DNA of 64,000 nt from Desulfatiglandales bacterium (GTDB taxonomy: Bacteria > Desulfobacterota > DSM-4660 > Desulfatiglandales > Desulfatiglandaceae), in the NCBI GenBank assembly GCA_963662465.1, contig OY759599.1:512001-576000 (forward strand), given 5' to 3'. Position numbers and translations under genes: made by a program. Below the pieces are notes generated by a model. That model was not told the origin of the DNA, ran no database searches, and worked only from the letters and a program-made list of their open reading frames with translations. Shown here piece by piece: positions 59,498 through 64,000 of this stretch. Positions within the stretch are counted from its first letter, which is position 1, and each line of letters opens with the position of its first letter.

Positions 59498-61279
59498 ATG
59501 ATTAAATTTCCCTACGGAATGGCAGATTTCCGAAAAATCATCACCCAGGGCTATTTTTACCGGGACCGCACCGGAGCCATCCCATTACTGGAGCGGGCGG
59601 AATCAATTCTTTTTATCCGCCCCCGTCGCTTCGGCAAGAGTCTGCTGTTGTCTATGCTGGAGAACTACTATGATATCGCCCGCAAGGATGTGTTTGAGGC
59701 CCTGTTCGGGCATCTGGCCATCGGCCAAAACCCCACCCCTTACCGCAATGGGTATTTCATTTTGCGCCTGGATTTCTCGTGTGTTGATCCCACCGGTACA
59801 CCGGATGAGGTGAAACGTTCCCTGTACAATCACATCAATGCCGGCATTGAAGATTCAGTCCAGACCTACAGGTCCGCGGGTTTTGATCTTCCGGGGGTCG
59901 CCATCGACCGTTCCGACGCTTTGTATTCCATTCGATCGTTTATTTCGGCTGTTAAAACCCTCGCGCATCCCGTCTATCTCCTGATCGACGAGTACGACAA
60001 TTTCGCTAATACCATCATGATGTTGCCCCTTGCTGATGCCACGGATCTCTACAAGGCCCTGGTGCATGACGAAGGGGTGTTGCGAACGGTGTTCAAGGCC
60101 ATCAAATCTTCCACGGGTGGAAGCATGTTCGACCGGGTGTTCATCACGGGCGTGTCGCCGGTGGTGTTGAGCGACATCACCAGCGGGTACAATATTGCGG
60201 AGAACCTCTATTTCGAGCCGGAGTTTGGAGATTTGTGCGGGTTCCTGGAAGAGGAAGTGCTGGAAACCCTGAACCGAATCGCCAAAGATTGCGGCCTGGG
60301 AGAGGAAAAGACCCGGGAGGCGCTGTTGATGATGCGCACCTATTACAATGGCTACAATTTCGTTCCCCGTGGCCACGGCATGGTGTATAATCCTACCCTT
60401 TGTCTCTATTTTTTCAAGCAGTTTCAGAAGTTGTGCGAATATCCCCGTAAGATGCTGGATGCCAATCTGGCCGTGGATGATTCTAAATTGGAATACGTGG
60501 CCGGGATACCCGGTGGTCGGGAGCTGATCCTTTCCCTGGTGGAAAAAGGGTGCGAAGTTGCCGTACCCGATATCGAGGACCGATTCGGATTGAGTGAAAT
60601 GCTTTCGGACCACTCCAAGGACAAGACCTTTATCGCCTCTTTCCTGTACTATTTCGGTGTTCTCACCCTGTCGGGAGAAACGGACAAGGGGGAACTGGTG
60701 CTGAAGGTTCCCAATCTGGTGATGCAGGGGCTGTATGTGGAGCGGGTACAGCGGATGATGCTCCCGGACCCCGTGATCCGGGACCGGGGTCTGGATGCGG
60801 CCAAGCGGGTTTACCAATACGGCGAGATGGCGCCGGTATGCGCCTTTGTGGAAGAAGCTTATTTTCCGGTCTTCAAAAACCGGGATTATGCCCAGGCCAA
60901 CGAGCTGACCTTGAAAACCTGCTTTCTGACCCTGCTGTACAACGACATTTTGTACATCATGGATTCCGAACCGGAACTGACGCGCCGGTACGCGGACCTG
61001 ACCATGATCATCCGGCCGGACAAGCGCTATTTGACTCTCTTTGATGTGTTGATCGAGTTCAAATTCCTGAGCCTGAAGGAACTGAGCCTTTCAGGAGAAG
61101 CTATCCGCGCCATGCCCCGCAAGGAACTCTATGCCCTGCCGCAGGTCAAACAGGCCCTGGAGGAGGGAACGGCCCAGGTTATGGATTACGGAAATCGCTT
61201 GGTCGGCCGATACCGGGACTTACGGCTCAAACGGTTTGTGGTGGTGGCTTTGGGGTTTGAGCGGGTCTGTTACCAGTGA
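59498..61279 (+). CDS. AAA-ATPase-like + PD-(D/E)XK nuclease domain protein
   Basis: FPYG..DF, RPRRFGKSL, LIDEYD, FITGVSP, YYNGY, YNP and C-terminal RYADL...IEFK. Confidence 0.88.
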   Translation: MIKFPYGMADFRKIITQGYFYRDRTGAIPLLERAESILFIRPRRFGKSLLLSMLENYYDIARKDVFEALFGHLAIGQNPTPYRNGYFILRLDFSCVDPTGTPDEVKRSLYNHINAGIEDSVQTYRSAGFDLPGVAIDRSDALYSIRSFISAVKTLAHPVYLLIDEYDNFANTIMMLPLADATDLYKALVHDEGVLRTVFKAIKSSTGGSMFDRVFITGVSPVVLSDITSGYNIAENLYFEPEFGDLCGFLEEEVLETLNRIAKDCGLGEEKTREALLMMRTYYNGYNFVPRGHGMVYNPTLCLYFFKQFQKLCEYPRKMLDANLAVDDSKLEYVAGIPGGRELILSLVEKGCEVAVPDIEDRFGLSEMLSDHSKDKTFIASFLYYFGVLTLSGETDKGELVLKVPNLVMQGLYVERVQRMMLPDPVIRDRGLDAAKRVYQYGEMAPVCAFVEEAYFPVFKNRDYAQANELTLKTCFLTLLYNDILYIMDSEPELTRRYADLTMIIRPDKRYLTLFDVLIEFKFLSLKELSLSGEAIRAMPRKELYALPQVKQALEEGTAQVMDYGNRLVGRYRDLRLKRFVVVALGFERVCYQ

Positions 61280-61350
61280 ATCCGGTCATTTTTTTATTCC
61301 CTCCCCAGGTCAAAAAATGATAGGACCCGCAGTTTGCCGGTCAGGGTGCG

Positions 61351-61722
61351 TCAGATCCTTCGAAAACAAAAACGTTTCGCGGACCGGGCCATCCATATTC
61401 CCAGCATCACGCCCAGGCCGTTGGCCGCCATGTCTGCCACTGAAAAAGACCTGCCAGGAACATAGACTTGTAAAAATTCCAAACCGATACCCAGGAGAAC
61501 CATGCACAAGGCGCCCGTAAGGGCTGATTTCGGGGTCGGGAAGGCAAAAAAAGAGAGGGTGGCAAGCCATAGGTAGGCCAGAAGGTGGGCGACCTTGTCC
61601 GCGTTGGAAAAATCATATGGCATTTCCAGCCGGGGAGAGAGCGACAGATAGATAACTATCGCAACGGATGCAACCCACAGTACCAGGGTCATTTGCTGTA
61701 ATCTGGATTTTTGAAGGATCAT
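61351..61722 (-). CDS. VanZ family membrane protein
   Basis: DKVAH, EFLQVYVPGR and D..AN.LG. Confidence 0.88.
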   Translation of the reverse strand: MILQKSRLQQMTLVLWVASVAIVIYLSLSPRLEMPYDFSNADKVAHLLAYLWLATLSFFAFPTPKSALTGALCMVLLGIGLEFLQVYVPGRSFSVADMAANGLGVMLGIWMARSAKRFCFRRI

Positions 61723-61733
61723 GGCATATCGGG

Positions 61734-61771
61734 GTTTTAAGTTTTAAGTTTTAGGTTTTAAGTTTTAAGTT
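61734..61771. repeat. Heptamer tandem repeat (GTTTTAA)5
   Basis: GTTTTAA GTTTTAA GTTTTAG GTTTTAA GTTTTAA GTT. Confidence 0.9.
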
Positions 61772-61852
61772 GAAAAAAACAAAGCTATATCATATAGTTG
61801 TAAAGTTCTAGCGAAAATTGGAAAACTATATTTGGAGGTTTTTGTTTAGTTG

Positions 61853-62383
61853 CTATTTTAGAAAGAGGGGCAGGCCCGCCACGGTCATGACTACTTTGTC
61901 GGCTGCCGCCGCCATTTTTTGGTTCAGAAACCCGGCCATATCTCGATATTGCCGGCCTAAGGGGTGCTCCGGGACGATACCCATTCCCACCTCATTGGAT
62001 ACGATGATGATTGATTTCCGGGTTCGGGCCAAGGCTTCAATAAGCCTGTTTTGGTAGGTCAGGACCTTGTCTTCACCCTGTTTCAGGAGAACGTTGCTTA
62101 ACCAGATGGTCATGCAGTCAATGAGGACCGCATCCACGTCCCGGCAATCCGTTTCCAGCACATCCGCAATCTCAAGCGGCTCTTCCCTCAGTTTCCATTG
62201 GGGGCCTCGGGCGTCCTTGTGCAGTCGGACCCTGTCCGCCATTTCATCATCCATGATTTCGGCGGTTGCCAGGAATATATAGGATTCGTAATGTTTTTCG
62301 GTGTATTCAAGGGCCCAGGAACTTTTTCCGCTTCGGGCGCCGCCCAACACCAGTACGATCTCTTTATGCGTTGAACGGGTCAT
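61853..62383 (-). CDS. cobU: Adenosylcobinamide kinase/cobinamide-phosphate guanylyltransferase
   Basis: GGARSGKS, ATA...D.EM..R...H, LIDC.T.W and VSNEVGMGIVP. Confidence 0.95.
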   Translation of the reverse strand: MTRSTHKEIVLVLGGARSGKSSWALEYTEKHYESYIFLATAEIMDDEMADRVRLHKDARGPQWKLREEPLEIADVLETDCRDVDAVLIDCMTIWLSNVLLKQGEDKVLTYQNRLIEALARTRKSIIIVSNEVGMGIVPEHPLGRQYRDMAGFLNQKMAAAADKVVMTVAGLPLFLK

Positions 62384-62426
62384 TTTTGATTAGTGCCTTC
62401 ATGCTGTTGATGTCCGATTTTATTTC

Positions 62427-63272
62427 TCAAAGGATCAGCTCGCTGCCTTCCTTAGCCGCCTCGATGATGATATCGGCCTTCTGTTTTTTGGCCAGTTCCC
62501 GGCATTTTTTTTCGATCAGGGCTTCTTGCGTGTCCGTTCTGGCGGGTTCATGGTGAAACAGGAGCAGGTGTTTCACCCCGGCTTTCATGGCCAGCTCCAG
62601 AGCGGTACTGTAGTCGGAATGCCCCCAGCCCCGATGCGTTTCAATTTCTTCGGGGATGTACTGAGCATCGTGGACCAGGATGTCCGCATTTCGACAGAAG
62701 GGAACAAAATCTTCAATGCGTTTTCCCTGCCAGATTTTCCGGGTCAGTTCGTTGTCCGTGATAAAGACAAATGACTTATTGTCTTCCTCGAAGCGGAATC
62801 CGAGCGCCCCTTGTGGATGTTGAAGTTCAATGGTGCGGATAGTGGTATTGTGGATTTTTAAAGGTCCATAATGCAACTGGTCCAGATAGCGGATGTCAGC
62901 CCCCAGGTCTTCAAATTTGATGGGAAAAAACCCGTCGCCGATTTTATTGTCAAAAATAGCCCGCAGCCCCTTGATGCATCTGCGTGTGCCGTCAACGGAT
63001 ATTTTCGTGGTGGGTTTAAAAACCGGGTCAAAAAAGGGGAATCCCTGTACATGGTCCCAATGAACGTGGGTCATCAAAAGGTGAATGTCTACTGCTTTTC
63101 CAAGGGCCATCAGGTGGTCTCCCAGCGGCCGCATGCCGGTTCCCGCATCAATGATGACGGTTTCGCCGCAATTCAGCAAAATTTCAACGCAGCAGGTGTT
63201 TCCTCCGTAAACGATGGTGTCTTTTCCCGGCGATGCGATGGAACCCCTTGTTCCCCAGAATTTGACCTTCAT
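62427..63272 (-). CDS. Metallo-beta-lactamase fold hydrolase
   Basis: FWGTRGS, YGGNT, IDAGTG, THVHWDH, HDAQY, WGHS and FHH.P. Confidence 0.92.
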   Translation of the reverse strand: MKVKFWGTRGSIASPGKDTIVYGGNTCCVEILLNCGETVIIDAGTGMRPLGDHLMALGKAVDIHLLMTHVHWDHVQGFPFFDPVFKPTTKISVDGTRRCIKGLRAIFDNKIGDGFFPIKFEDLGADIRYLDQLHYGPLKIHNTTIRTIELQHPQGALGFRFEEDNKSFVFITDNELTRKIWQGKRIEDFVPFCRNADILVHDAQYIPEEIETHRGWGHSDYSTALELAMKAGVKHLLLFHHEPARTDTQEALIEKKCRELAKKQKADIIIEAAKEGSELIL

Positions 63273-63470
63273 AAAATGATCCCTGTCTCTGATGTTAAGA
63301 GGGTATTTTCAGGTTTTCACATGCGCAAGAACCGTTCTTTGAATGTGAAAACAATGGTTGCGGTTAGAAAGAAAGATTTTCTACTGCATTCAGGCGCTAA
63401 GGTATCTTTTTGTCGATTAGGTGTCAATTCAAAAAAAACAATGCCTTGGGCCATTTTGAATGGGTGTTTG

Positions 63471-64000
63471 TCAGTCTTCATCATCCTGATAGATGCAGGC
63501 AAATACCTTTGCATCGGCGATGATCTGGGAAATCAGGCAGTATTCATTGGGTTGATGGGCGGTATCCGGACAGGTGGACCAAACCGCCGCGGGCAGTCCG
63601 GCTGCCCGGAAAAATGCCGCCACGGTTCCGCCGCCGATGCCCATGGGTTTGGCTTCCCTGCCGGTGATTTTTCGTACGGCCTTTTTTAACGCCGTCACCA
63701 CCGGCGCGTTCACGGGAGTCGGCGGCGCTGCATCATGGCGATGATCGGTTTCCATCTCAACTTCAAGGCCCGTTTCGGCGGCCGCGGTCTCGGCGATTTT
63801 TTCCGTTGCCGTGATGATGGCATCTACGGGATATTCAGGCAGGATTCGGCAGTCCATATAAAAAACTTCTTTTCCCGGAATGGTGTTGACGTTGGCAACA
63901 TTGGCCAGAAATTTGGTGGGTTCAAAAGTGGAAATCGGTGGACTGAAAAGGGGATTAGAACCTGGAAACGTTTCTTTCAGCGCCCCAAGGGCCAGGATGA
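63471..64000 (-). CDS. M20 family metallo-hydrolase (DapE/ArgE-like), 5' part outside window
   Basis: STFEPT, NVNTIPG, DCRILP, GIGGGTVAAFFR and AHQPNEY. Confidence 0.88.
   Translation of the reverse strand, partial: ILALGALKETFPGSNPLFSPPISTFEPTKFLANVANVNTIPGKEVFYMDCRILPEYPVDAIITATEKIAETAAAETGLEVEMETDHRHDAAPPTPVNAPVVTALKKAVRKITGREAKPMGIGGGTVAAFFRAAGLPAAVWSTCPDTAHQPNEYCLISQIIADAKVFACIYQDDED

Overview
This is a bacterial chromosomal window, probably from a sulfate-reducing deltaproteobacterium (Desulfobacterota-like); that assignment is inferred from gene content only. Housekeeping genes (acyl-CoA dehydrogenases, ispG, proS, rel/spoT, rpmB, fabF, pgm, cobU) are interleaved with accessory blocks. 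(1) A ~14.5-kb type I BREX anti-phage island (brxA-brxB-brxC-pglX-pglZ-brxL) lies between proS and rel, with an extra ABC-ATPase plus TOPRIM-like gene pair inserted between pglX and pglZ. (2) An acyl-CoA dehydrogenase/EtfB/EtfA operon has EtfA fused in frame to an XRE-HTH/cupin regulator. (3) A 2-kb stack of decayed defence and mobile fragments follows (IS91-like/HEPN chimera, MNT, hsdS tail, frameshifted yhcG, radC stub). (4) A TonB receptor, Opp/Nik-type ABC transporter and methyltransferase operon sits behind a long structured leader with a terminator (candidate unknown riboswitch or attenuator). (5) A GluR0-like ligand-gated K+ channel lies next to an MscS channel. (6) A FecR-OmpA-CHASE2 hybrid kinase signalling cluster includes a TSP3-repeat OmpA lipoprotein. 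(7) A eukaryote-type hexokinase is coupled to pgm. There are also several TA modules and dispersed 7/8-mer repeat elements. No rRNA, tRNA, CRISPR array or intact integrase/transposase was recognised. All functional calls come from motif recognition by eye; no database searches were run.
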